Made by a program: the position numbers and the translations under genes. Below the pieces are notes generated by a model, which saw only the letters and a program-made list of their open reading frames with translations, was not told the origin of the DNA and searched no databases. Shown here in pieces: positions 28,301-37,316 of a DNA stretch of 64,000 bases; within the stretch, counting starts at the first letter, position 1, and every line of letters begins with the position of its first letter. The stretch is from a virus. Location: the IMG/VR virus record IMGVR_UViG_3300030397_000629; one strand, written 5' to 3'.

Positions 28301-31300
28301 GACCAATTCGTTGTATTAACACCTTACCTTGACAATACTGACAATCAACAGGCTGACCTTTTTGACCTCAGTGTAAACACATTGAGGCTGAGCTTGGAAA
28401 ATGACGGCGTTGGGCCTTATACTGTTGATTTAAGCCAATTCCTTGATAATACTGATAGTCAGCAGCTTAGCTTTACCTTTCCAAACCTTAGCATTACGGG
28501 CGGCAATTCTGTTGATTTATCCATATTGCAGGACGGCAACGGCATTATTTCTGCTCTGCCTGTTGGTGATGTAACCATTGACGCAACTGACAACACATTC
28601 AGGATTGACAATCTCAAAGAGGTCAGGCTTTCAGACAGCGACAGCAAGGCAGGTCTGTTTATTTGGGAGACCGGCACAACTAATGTGCAGGATTTTGCAG
28701 GCATGGCATCAGATTACTCAATTACTCATGCAGGCTTATTTGTCAGAGGAAACACGGCAAGCAGTGTATTGACTCATTATGATATTACAGGAGTTGTGCG
28801 TGACATCAATGACGCCAATGATTATGTTTCTTATCAGGTATACAAAGATTCTTTCAACATCAATGTTTTTTCTCAGCAAGAGCTTGACGCAGCTTTTAAG
28901 ATAAACCTCAATGAGGCTTTTATTAGTGGCAACAACGAGGCTAAAATGCTTTCAATATCTCTTGCAGACGAGAACGCTGACGGCTTGCGGTTTTACGACA
29001 AGTACAACTTTCCAAATGCAACACCCTCAGCAGCGGCAGGTGACACAAGTGTTATTATATGGCAGGGCGGCACTCAGCAGTTTATTGATATTGATGCAAT
29101 AAGAGGTGAGTCAGGTCTCACCGGGTTGACGGCTCAGGGTGACAAATACATTGACCTTTCACTTGATGGCAGTGACCTCACGGCGTCATTCCTTTATGAC
29201 CTTTCACCTTTAAAAGATACGATTTTTCAAGCCGGGCACGGGTTTACAACAGGGCAATTGCCTGCTGCTGTCTATATTGACGGCAGCGGCAACTTAGTTG
29301 CATCTGACAACATTCTTGAGCAGCGATTGCATGACTTGCATGTTGTTGAGGTTTTGCACACTGACACCATTGTTGTGCAAACAGAGGGGTTTTATCAAAA
29401 AGACGGGCATGGTTACCTTGTTGGATATGACTATTTTTTGACATCAACACCTCTTGTATATGACACGCTTGTTGCAGAGGGACAACTCAATGATTGGGTT
29501 TTCACCGTCAAGGATGCAAATAGGCTGATATTAAAGGCAACAAGACCTTATGACCCCAATGCTGAGGTCAGCGGCTCAGTGAATTGGGGTGACGGCTCAA
29601 ATTATGTGCCTATCTCTGCAAGTGATACACTTGAATTTTTAGGCGGTGAGGGCATTGCAACCTCTTTGAATATTGCCAATAATGAAATGACAATATCACT
29701 TGACTATCTTAATGACCCAAGTGACGCCTCACCTGACTCTCTTGATATTGTCAGCTTTTATGACATCTCAGCAGGTAGTTACAAACATACTGAGATAAGA
29801 AACCTTGGCGTTGGCTCAAGCAGCGGCGGCGGCGGCGGCTCAATAAGCATGGAAAGCCGCTGGTTGACAACTATTTTGCCGCCGCCCGGCACAAGGCGAG
29901 TAAACGGAAATAATTTAACTCAAAGCGCAATAACTGAGATTTACATTGACAAGACAAGTTTAAACAATGTGCAGATTGGTACAATACTTTTGAGCGCAGT
30001 TGCAGGTGATCAATTTTACATACAAGAAAAGGCTGATGACGGCAGCGCAATTTTATTTGAACTAACGGCTGACCCATCAGATAATGTTGCTTATGTGACG
30101 TATACCGGCACAGTTGTTGACATACTTGGTGACCTTGGAAACAACCAAGATGTTGTGATGATATTGTTTTATTCAGGTGGCATGAATGATTGGTCAATTG
30201 CTGCTGATGTTGGCGGCAGCCAAGTTGTTGCAGACGGTGAAACTGTGACTATATTGGGCGGCACAGGATTTGAAACAAATTTGTCAGCAGGTAGAAACGT
30301 AACGGTTAACGCAAAATTTGAGGACTTTGCAACGGCACCTGCTTTGACAAATGACCATGAATTTATCTTAGTCAATTCAACAACGGGCATTGAGAACAGA
30401 ATAACGGTTGCAAACGTTGAGAGCAGTTTGTCAATACCTATTGGCAACCTTTCTGATGTAAACATTACCTCACCCTCAAACGGTCAGGTTTTAACGTACA
30501 ACGGCAGTGCTTGGGTCAATCAGGCAGCAGCAGGCGGCGGCACAATGTCCTCATTTTTTATTGACTCAGAAGATAACACACCTGAGGAAATAACTGACGG
30601 CGAAACAATTGATATTGTTGGCGGCACGGGAATTGGCACAACTCAAACAGGTAGCATAATAAGCGTTGTACCAAGGTTTGAAGAGTTTTCGACGGGCGGC
30701 ACAATCTCAGCACTTGACTTTGTTTTTATTGAGACCGGCGCAAACTTAGAAAGAAGGAAAACGGCAGCAGATGTGCAAGAATGGACTGAGGACTTTCTTG
30801 GCACATCAACACTTGTTGCAGGCACCAATATGACAATAACATACAATGATGTTGCTGGTACAATAACTTTTGACGCAGCAGGCGGCGGCGGCACAATGTC
30901 ATCGTTTGAGTTTGGTGACGGCACCGGAACATCAACGGTGAGTGACGGGCAAACAATCAGCGTAACGGGCGGCTATGGTTTAGTTGCTCAGTTATCAGGC
31001 TCAAACCCTTATGAGGTTGACCTTGACCTTGATTTCTTTGAACTTAACACCACAAGCTCAATAACAGCCTCAAGCAATTTCATATTATGGAATGACGGCG
31101 GGCCTGAGCAGAGAATAACAAGCGCAAATGTTGAAACTTGGGTTGAGGGAATAATTGATACAAGAACACCTGCTGTGACAACTCAGACGAGCGGCACCAT
31201 TGACTTGCAAAGCCTGCAAAGCTTTGCAATCATTGTAAACATGGCGTCATCAGGCGGCTCAATAACAATGGTGTTAAACAACCCAAATGCTCAAGCCGGG

Positions 31301-31486
31301 TTTTACACAATACTCTTTATAAATGCAAATGACGGTGACTCTGTAAATTGGCCCAACAACGTTTATGACGAGGGTGTTAATTTGCTTGGTACAGATGCGC
31401 TGAGCAACGGCAGGCGGCTTTTTACATTCCTTTACACAGGTAGCACAGATGACAGATATTTTACTCACTCAGAAATAAGCAACTAA
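25286..31486 (+). CDS. giant tail-fibre/adhesin-like protein with N-terminal Sec signal peptide
   Basis: 2066 aa; signal ...IVLLGLTCLPLSAFS/Q; repeats LNDLTDV...NGQVL.WNGS.W, I.DGET.T..GGTGI and ISGGNSVD...NTDNQ; fibre-type C-terminal domain (VNWP...). Confidence 0.8.
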   Translation: MRQEYKLYYLFRAAIVLLGLTCLPLSAFSQLNDPNEGPSTRTRLYEIEKADTAGILIWSNMLKNAQWDSQNYVIIWAEDTISHRLHTRLETVNENQSNTKFLTVNQNGVVEWRSGAGGGTMNTWLIAGDTGSPEIVADGETATIAGGTNISTVVSPTRTLTVNWSAVLNDLTDVNTTSLTVNDVLTWNGSQWVNQAGGGGLADGNGIFDVNNDGNFVPGDFQANVDTVLQFGDMDNNSGRKVLEINNVGTGGVGEILMYDTDPLIDMGFSFGNLGQNRIYLGNLINSDPSISIDDQTPNSPGDGSIVLDAATIMFSDGPNVRLIMPSEAEGTPSQNPADTMLIVFPGSLPPHQGYMFTFDQLAESIGDITGKPGSDVVIRSTFESSVSPAPATGAFRLNSAPASANSIYIDKTSENSVSIASVMSSLLVGDKIYIQDEFTKLTAYLYEVTSSPSDNGSYISIPVSNISSNGGTMTASNVYGFLIISQGATAAQTLSYAGLGDLSISGGNSVDLSDLLDNTDSQTLSFVSPNISISGGNSVDISGINTDNQALSWIEGTSTLSITGGNSVVLSGFMSSFFFGDESATIEVSDGNTIRVEGGIAALADISGGSVIVDVWPAKQTVDANPDLAGWLLYQDASTFEVNRVTINSLPVGKFDSFDWGDGSLITTITDGEAIRVTGGTNITTTLSSNDITVDWSAVLNDLSDVSAGSPSNNDVLTWNGSAWVPQSAGSGSFNNFTIDADTGTPELVSDGETVTYTGGTGISTTVSATRVITINLDAVISDLNDVSNTAPTSGQVLKWNGSAWVPDTDLVGGGGGIASFNVAGSSGPAETVTDGETITIAQGTGITTVTSSPNTVTVSLSAAISDLTDVNVTAPSQGEALIFDGSEWINQTQRDSQTLVYSGAGVLQISNGNSVNMNDLLDNTDNQILSFADPNLSISGGNSVDISGINTDNQTLSFANPNLSISGGNSVDLTGLNTDNQMIEKFVIESDTLKISIERDAQPDQFVVLTPYLDNTDNQQADLFDLSVNTLRLSLENDGVGPYTVDLSQFLDNTDSQQLSFTFPNLSITGGNSVDLSILQDGNGIISALPVGDVTIDATDNTFRIDNLKEVRLSDSDSKAGLFIWETGTTNVQDFAGMASDYSITHAGLFVRGNTASSVLTHYDITGVVRDINDANDYVSYQVYKDSFNINVFSQQELDAAFKINLNEAFISGNNEAKMLSISLADENADGLRFYDKYNFPNATPSAAAGDTSVIIWQGGTQQFIDIDAIRGESGLTGLTAQGDKYIDLSLDGSDLTASFLYDLSPLKDTIFQAGHGFTTGQLPAAVYIDGSGNLVASDNILEQRLHDLHVVEVLHTDTIVVQTEGFYQKDGHGYLVGYDYFLTSTPLVYDTLVAEGQLNDWVFTVKDANRLILKATRPYDPNAEVSGSVNWGDGSNYVPISASDTLEFLGGEGIATSLNIANNEMTISLDYLNDPSDASPDSLDIVSFYDISAGSYKHTEIRNLGVGSSSGGGGGSISMESRWLTTILPPPGTRRVNGNNLTQSAITEIYIDKTSLNNVQIGTILLSAVAGDQFYIQEKADDGSAILFELTADPSDNVAYVTYTGTVVDILGDLGNNQDVVMILFYSGGMNDWSIAADVGGSQVVADGETVTILGGTGFETNLSAGRNVTVNAKFEDFATAPALTNDHEFILVNSTTGIENRITVANVESSLSIPIGNLSDVNITSPSNGQVLTYNGSAWVNQAAAGGGTMSSFFIDSEDNTPEEITDGETIDIVGGTGIGTTQTGSIISVVPRFEEFSTGGTISALDFVFIETGANLERRKTAADVQEWTEDFLGTSTLVAGTNMTITYNDVAGTITFDAAGGGGTMSSFEFGDGTGTSTVSDGQTISVTGGYGLVAQLSGSNPYEVDLDLDFFELNTTSSITASSNFILWNDGGPEQRITSANVETWVEGIIDTRTPAVTTQTSGTIDLQSLQSFAIIVNMASSGGSITMVLNNPNAQAGFYTILFINANDGDSVNWPNNVYDEGVNLLGTDALSNGRRLFTFLYTGSTDDRYFTHSEISN

Positions 31487-32160
31487 TGAGGACTTTAACC
31501 GTACATATAATTATGATGTTTTTAACGGTTAACTTGTTTGCACAGGGCGCTCACGGCATGCTCTCAGATAGGACTAGATTTCTTGGCGGTGGCGGCGTGC
31601 CAACAACAATAACCATAAAGATAAACGACGGTGACGATGATTGCGAACAAGATTCACCTGACGGCTCAACAAGTTTTACCTCATCAGATTTAGAAAAGAC
31701 CTATGACGGAAATGAGCAAATAATTGGCCTTAGATTTAACGGCATAACAGTGCCGCAAGGCGCAACGATAACTGAGGCGTTTGTGCAATTCACCTCAAGG
31801 TTTAATGACACCAATGCCTGCACATTGCGTGTTGTGATGGAATTTGCAGATAATGCAGCGCCAATGACGAGCGGAAATGCGCCATCTGATAGGACTTGGA
31901 CAACTGCATTTACAGACTGGATTCCACCCTCATGGACGGGCGGCTCAGACCAAAAGGATGACGACACAAAAACACCTAACTTTGCAAGCGTCATGCAGAC
32001 TGTTGTGAATAGGTCAAATTGGGCATCAGGCAACTCAATGTGCGTTTTTGTAATAGCCGAGCCTTTTAATTCAGGTGTTAATCAAAGAAGAAACTCACGC
32101 TCTTTTAATACATCAGGCGGCTCAAAAGCGCCTGAGCTTATTATAACTTATTTACAATAA
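31486..32160 (+). CDS. secreted beta-sandwich (CBM/DNRLRE-like) protein
   Basis: signal ...MMFLTVNLFA/Q; GLRFNGITVPQGATITEAFVQFT and APELIITY motifs seen in secreted bacterial proteins. Confidence 0.7.
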   Translation: MRTLTVHIIMMFLTVNLFAQGAHGMLSDRTRFLGGGGVPTTITIKINDGDDDCEQDSPDGSTSFTSSDLEKTYDGNEQIIGLRFNGITVPQGATITEAFVQFTSRFNDTNACTLRVVMEFADNAAPMTSGNAPSDRTWTTAFTDWIPPSWTGGSDQKDDDTKTPNFASVMQTVVNRSNWASGNSMCVFVIAEPFNSGVNQRRNSRSFNTSGGSKAPELIITYLQ

Positions 32161-32161
32161 A

Positions 32162-32845
32162 ATGAAAATGAAACAAATTAAACAGGTAACATTTTTGTTG
32201 TTCTTTCTGTTGACGGTTTTGTTGCAGGCTCAACCGCCTACTTATATTTATGAGACAACATCAGAGGCAGATTTATTTGATATTAATTTCATTGACAACA
32301 GAGCATACGGCAACCCTAAACCGGCAAAGCTTTACAATGACCTTGACTCTGCTGAGGCAATAAATTATTACCTCAGAGAGAAAGAGAGGGCGCAAGACTA
32401 TTCTGCCTCACTTGCTGTTGAGTCAATTGTTACTGAGCGACAAATTAAAGACGTTGAAAAGGAATTGAGGCAGGTATTTGACATCAACAAAAAAGATTAT
32501 TTAGATTGGGCAAATAACCGCAATAGCAGACGATTGAACGGGCGTTTTAGATACAGAATACAAGGCGTTGAAAGTATCAGTATATTCATTGACAGCTTAA
32601 GTATTTACAGGCGCTCTGATTCACTCAATATAGGCAAAATGACTTGGTATTCTCCAAGGCGTGTTGAGGTAATTTTATTTCAAACAAATGACACTCTTTT
32701 CTTGAATAAGTCACTGACCAATAATTTTTGGTTTGGAAAAGACCAAAACGAGGATTTACACATTTTAAAGCAGAGAGACACGCCCGACGATGACGACACA
32801 CAGGGCAACTTATTTTTTGATCCAAATGTATTTATGCGATTATGA
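32162..32845 (+). CDS. secreted hypothetical protein
   Basis: signal ...FLLFFLLTVLLQA/Q; central helical segment then beta domain. Confidence 0.75.
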   Translation: MKMKQIKQVTFLLFFLLTVLLQAQPPTYIYETTSEADLFDINFIDNRAYGNPKPAKLYNDLDSAEAINYYLREKERAQDYSASLAVESIVTERQIKDVEKELRQVFDINKKDYLDWANNRNSRRLNGRFRYRIQGVESISIFIDSLSIYRRSDSLNIGKMTWYSPRRVEVILFQTNDTLFLNKSLTNNFWFGKDQNEDLHILKQRDTPDDDDTQGNLFFDPNVFMRL

Positions 32846-33189
32846 AAAAGCTGCTTGTATTATTATTTATCATAATCCAAATTGGGGCATGCCACAATGA
32901 TAACTTAACGGTTAATGATTACAGCGGCGTTTGGTTCGGTGTTGATCCCTTTGGCAGGTATTTTGAATTTGACAACGGCAATTACTTTGAGGTCTTGCCA
33001 ACGGGCGGCGATGCTTTTGGCATGTTGATTGGCGGCAACTCAGGCACATACAAAGAGATTGAGCCGGGCCTTATTGAGATAACCGGATTTTACCAAACAC
33101 CAAGTCAATGGAAACTTATTCAAACTGAGCCAAGGTTTATAATAAAGCACACAGTGTCAAGCACGCAATTTGCAAGGATTCAACAGTAA
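32842..33189 (+). CDS. lipoprotein
   Basis: MKKLLVLLFIIIQIGA/C lipobox; YSGVW lipocalin-like start. Confidence 0.75.
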   Translation: MKKLLVLLFIIIQIGACHNDNLTVNDYSGVWFGVDPFGRYFEFDNGNYFEVLPTGGDAFGMLIGGNSGTYKEIEPGLIEITGFYQTPSQWKLIQTEPRFIIKHTVSSTQFARIQQ

Positions 33190-33211
33190 TTTTTTAATAA
33201 AATCTTTTACG

Positions 33212-33937
33212 ATGTTCAAACAGGTAACAAGCAAGTTATTAACACACTTATCAACAATGTTGATAATTCTTTTTTGCATCCAATTACACGCACAACAACC
33301 TGCTCAGCCGGTTGAGGTATTGCCTGAAAAGTACAGAGTTGAAATGACTGCCGTTAATGATTCCCTTTACAACTTATTTGTTGTTGATGAAGAGGTGCCG
33401 CAACAAGCAGGCTCTTTGACCGGCAAGGCTTTCAACGGACTCAATGCACAGCAGACAGAATTGATTTTGTACAGACTTTACAATGAGCAGCTTGACCGTG
33501 AGGCAAAAGCCAAGTTTGACCTGCTCACGCAAATGCAGGCAAGCACAAGACTGAGCAACGGTTTAGATATGATCAAGGCAAGCCGCTTTGATGAGTACAG
33601 GGCTGCTTTAAAAGGGCGCTTTGTTGGCTCTTGGCTTTTGTCATACGGTACAGGTGAGGGCGCTGAGGCGGTGCTCACTGTCTCTGATGATAAAGGAAAG
33701 TTAACGGTTAAAGATGAGAGCGGGCAAAAGATTGGCTCTTTGTCAATCAAGTCAACCCTTTCTTTAACAGTTAAGTTTTTTGACTCAGATGTTGTTGACC
33801 TGCCTGTTGAGCTTTCAGGCAAGTCAATTGACCTTGTTGGCACTGACGTCAAAATTATGTTTTACGCAAGCTTTGTTGACAACGTTGCATACATCATGAA
33901 ACAACAGCCCAATGAAGCGGCTGAAAATAAAGAGTAA
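33212..33937 (+). CDS. secreted hypothetical protein
   Basis: ATG at 33212; signal ...MLIILFCIQLHA/Q; helical segment then FVGSW beta domain. Confidence 0.75.
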   Translation: MFKQVTSKLLTHLSTMLIILFCIQLHAQQPAQPVEVLPEKYRVEMTAVNDSLYNLFVVDEEVPQQAGSLTGKAFNGLNAQQTELILYRLYNEQLDREAKAKFDLLTQMQASTRLSNGLDMIKASRFDEYRAALKGRFVGSWLLSYGTGEGAEAVLTVSDDKGKLTVKDESGQKIGSLSIKSTLSLTVKFFDSDVVDLPVELSGKSIDLVGTDVKIMFYASFVDNVAYIMKQQPNEAAENKE

Positions 33938-36091
33938 ATGAAAAGGTTTTTATTCCTGTTTTTGGTTTTTCATACAACTTTGGTTTTTTCTCAGTCGGGC
34001 GAAAGTGGCGCACTGATTGTGCAGGGTGCCGGGCTGAGAAACTTTTTTATCAATGCTGATGCCGGGCCAATACTCCAAATAAACGGCGGTGATACATTGC
34101 AGGCTCAGGGCGGCACAGGTGTCACAACTGAGGTTATTGGCTCAGTATTACAGATTGACTTTTCAGCCGCTCTTGATGACCTGACTGACGTGAGTGCAGG
34201 CTCACCAATTGCAGGGCAGGTGCTCAAGTGGAATGGCTCAGCATGGGTGCCTGATACTGACAACACAGGTGCGGGCGGCATGGCAAGCTTTAACCTTGCA
34301 GGCACAAGCGGCTCACCTCAAGTTGTAAATGACGGTGAAACGGTATTGATTGAGGCGGGCACAGGAATAACAACCACGGGTGCGGCAACAGACAAGGTGA
34401 CAATTGACCTGAGTGCCGCACTCAACCTGCTCACTGATGTAAATGCGCCAACACCCTCAAATGGTCAGGTTTTAAAATATGACGGTGCAGAATGGATTGC
34501 AGGCACAGACGAGACCGGCACGGATGCACAAACCCTGAGCATTAGCTCAACAACAAGGGTGTTATCAATAACGGGCGGCAACTCTGTTGACATGAGCGAA
34601 AGCATTATGGAAGAGGTTGCAGCTTTTGCAACCGCTGGCACTGGCATTGCAATTGCTCATGATGACGGCGGCAACACACTGACATTCTCGCTTGACGCAG
34701 TGCTTAATGACTTAAATGACGTCAATGACGGCAGCCCTGCAAACAATCAGGTTTTGAAATGGGATGCAGGCAACGGTTGGGCTGAGTGGTCAATTGATCA
34801 GGCAGGAATTACAAATATAAATATTGACTCAGATGATAATGACCCTTTTGGCTACATCAACGGTCAAGAGTTTGGATTTCTTGGCGGCACAGGCATAACA
34901 ACAACACACACTAACAGCGTTGTTACATTCAACTTGACGGCAAGCCTTGATGACTTGACTGACGTGAGCATTACCTCACCCTCAAACGGTCAGGTTTTAA
35001 CGTACAACGGAAGTGCTTGGGTCAACTCAGGCTCAGGCGGTCTGTCATGGACAGCAGCAGGCGACACAGGCAGCCAAACGATTGAGAACGGCAACACGCT
35101 CAACTTTATAGGCGGCACAGGAATGAGCACCGCCGCAACTGCAACAGATAACCTGACAATCAATTTAAATGCAGGCTTAAACGATTTAAACAGCGTGACA
35201 GTTTCCTCACCTGCAAGTCAAGACATATTGCTGCATAACGGCTCAATATGGCAGAATACAGAACTATTTTTCAGGGTTGCAGATGATGCAGCAACTTTTT
35301 TCAAGCTCAGCAACGGCTTTACACTGCCCTTGCTTGGCGGTGACGGCATCAGCACTGAGACAGACGGCTCAACATATTTCTCAGTAATACTTGACGCCAA
35401 CATTGGTGACCTCAACAACGTCAGTAATAATGCAGCTATCAACGGCGCTTACCTGACGTACAGCACAACGGCGGGTGAATGGCAGCCAACTATTGTGCCG
35501 CCTATGACCTCATTCGATATTACAGGCGACTCAGGCACGCAACAAACAGTCACCAACGGTGAGCTTGTAAGCTTTAGAGGTGGAACAAATACAGGGATTT
35601 CAACAACAATCTCAAGCGGCAACTTTCTTGATATTAACCTTAATATTGCAAATATATTCCTTGACAATGCAATTGCTGACCTTGACAGACTTGTTTATTA
35701 TGACATCTCTGCATCAGGTCACAGGACTATTGAGAAAAACGCACTTATCAGCGGCGGGTGTCCTACTCATTACCAATACATTTTAGGATGGAAGCAAACA
35801 GTAGGTCTTACGTCAACGCTTTCAAGTGACGAGTATTGGGTTGTTCCGCCTGAGCTTGGCGGCAGATGTGTTGATGCTATAACAGCAAGAACAGGCTCAG
35901 GCTCAGCAACGGTGACTGTCAAAGTAAACAGCGCAAGCCAAGACACAGTGAGCGCAACAAGCTCAGGCGCAACAGTAAATACAGATTTTACAATACCTAC
36001 TCACGGCAGGATTCAAGCGCACGTAATAACAAACACGAATGCAACCGGCTTATCAATTACGCTGACAATCAAATGCGATTGCAGCGGGTAA
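33938..36091 (+). CDS. second tail-fibre-like protein with Sec signal peptide
   Basis: 717 aa; signal MKRFLFLFLVFHTTLVFS/Q; same LDDLTDV..GQVL.WNG and GDSG..QTV..GE repeats as the 2066-aa protein. Confidence 0.8.
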   Translation: MKRFLFLFLVFHTTLVFSQSGESGALIVQGAGLRNFFINADAGPILQINGGDTLQAQGGTGVTTEVIGSVLQIDFSAALDDLTDVSAGSPIAGQVLKWNGSAWVPDTDNTGAGGMASFNLAGTSGSPQVVNDGETVLIEAGTGITTTGAATDKVTIDLSAALNLLTDVNAPTPSNGQVLKYDGAEWIAGTDETGTDAQTLSISSTTRVLSITGGNSVDMSESIMEEVAAFATAGTGIAIAHDDGGNTLTFSLDAVLNDLNDVNDGSPANNQVLKWDAGNGWAEWSIDQAGITNINIDSDDNDPFGYINGQEFGFLGGTGITTTHTNSVVTFNLTASLDDLTDVSITSPSNGQVLTYNGSAWVNSGSGGLSWTAAGDTGSQTIENGNTLNFIGGTGMSTAATATDNLTINLNAGLNDLNSVTVSSPASQDILLHNGSIWQNTELFFRVADDAATFFKLSNGFTLPLLGGDGISTETDGSTYFSVILDANIGDLNNVSNNAAINGAYLTYSTTAGEWQPTIVPPMTSFDITGDSGTQQTVTNGELVSFRGGTNTGISTTISSGNFLDINLNIANIFLDNAIADLDRLVYYDISASGHRTIEKNALISGGCPTHYQYILGWKQTVGLTSTLSSDEYWVVPPELGGRCVDAITARTGSGSATVTVKVNSASQDTVSATSSGATVNTDFTIPTHGRIQAHVITNTNATGLSITLTIKCDCSG

Positions 36092-36127
36092 CCCTATTGA
36101 TTAATTAATTATAATCCAATATGAAAC

Positions 36128-36376
36128 ATGAACAGCACCAAAGAAACAAAAGCTCTTGCAGGCATGCGGGACGCAGTGCAGCTTTACCTTTACCCGGTAT
36201 TATTGGCAATCGTTGGCTTTTTCCTTGTCAATCAATTTGATGACATCGAAAGGCTAAAAGATGATTTACATGACGCTGAAATGAAAATCACGCGACAAGA
36301 GACAGAGTTGAGAATAATGAAGGAGACACAAGAGCAAACTGTGAAAGAATTAATTGAAATACAAAAATGTAACTAA
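36128..36376 (+). CDS. holin/spanin-like small membrane protein
   Basis: one TM helix plus C-terminal coiled coil at end of late operon. Confidence 0.5.
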   Translation: MNSTKETKALAGMRDAVQLYLYPVLLAIVGFFLVNQFDDIERLKDDLHDAEMKITRQETELRIMKETQEQTVKELIEIQKCN

Positions 36377-36422
36377 GCACTCATTTATAAACTGAAATTT
36401 GAATAATTAAAAATTAACCGTT

Positions 36423-36878
36423 ATGAAACAAACACTCATCAAAGTTGCTGCGCTCACAGCACTTTGCGTTTTTATGACAACTGCATTGCCTGTTGACTCA
36501 TTAGCTCAGTCAACAGACTCACTGACAATTGATTCTCTTATAAGTGTAATTGAAAAGATTGACCTTGAGAAAGGTGCGGCAGATTTATTTGACGCTGAAA
36601 ACCCTGACCTGATAAACTGGTTTAACCTCATTCATGGTTTTCTTGTTGTCCTGTTTGGGTTTTTGGCCTCAGCATTTGGGCTGAAAAAGTGGGCAGGTCA
36701 GAATTTTGTTTTGATTGTGGTGGCATTTGGCCTTGTCGCAATTGGTGCCTTTGTTGCTCTTGGGTTTGGCAAGGCTTTGCCTCTTGTAATTACCCTGTTT
36801 GCAACACTTGGGCTGTTTGATACTATATTCAAACCAAAGACACCGCTCAATACACTGGCAAAGAAAATTGAAAAATAA
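36423..36878 (+). CDS. holin-like membrane protein with cleavable signal peptide
   Basis: signal ...PVDSLA/Q, then three hydrophobic helices and basic C-terminus. Confidence 0.5.
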   Translation: MKQTLIKVAALTALCVFMTTALPVDSLAQSTDSLTIDSLISVIEKIDLEKGAADLFDAENPDLINWFNLIHGFLVVLFGFLASAFGLKKWAGQNFVLIVVAFGLVAIGAFVALGFGKALPLVITLFATLGLFDTIFKPKTPLNTLAKKIEK

Positions 36879-36929
36879 TGGTTTTGCGAGTGTTTCGCTC
36901 GCTCACCGTTGTTACCTGTTGGCGGCATC

Positions 36930-37316
36930 TTAATTGGTGCCGTCTTTTTTTATTGATGCCTCAAGCAACTCAATCCTTTTATCTTGAGTGCTGAGCTTAT
37001 TCTCAAGCAATTCAATTTGCTTTTCAATCGGCAACTCTGTTTGCAGCAGGCTTGCCGGTTTTGATACTGCAAAATGCTCATTTATTATGTCATAAACATT
37101 ATTGTTACCAAAGTGTTGCAAAAGCTTTTGTGCAATTTCATCTGTTGGTGTTGATGCGCCTCTTTTGATATTATAAAACAAGGTAGGTGTTTGACTGTCG
37201 CCAATTCTCTCAGCAATCTCTTTCATCGTCGAAACATCAAAGGCGGTTAATATTGAGTCAATTGCCTGCAAAAAGGCATTTCTTTTTTGCTCTTTTTCTT
37301 CATTTCTTTTATTCAT
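36930..37316 (-). CDS. XRE-family HTH repressor (CI-like)
   Basis: STMKEIAERIG...FYNIKRGASTPT HTH, C-terminal coiled coil, divergently transcribed. Confidence 0.75.
   Translation of the reverse strand: MNKRNEEKEQKRNAFLQAIDSILTAFDVSTMKEIAERIGDSQTPTLFYNIKRGASTPTDEIAQKLLQHFGNNNVYDIINEHFAVSKPASLLQTELPIEKQIELLENKLSTQDKRIELLEASIKKDGTN

Noticed and set aside
25600-35786. Many short minus-strand ORFs within the fibre genes
   Set aside because: Antisense shadows of repetitive Gly/Thr/Ser coding sequence
25286-36091. Diversity-generating retroelement targeting the fibres
   Set aside because: No reverse transcriptase in the window, and the shared repeats do not show adenine-specific mismatches at a C-terminal variable region
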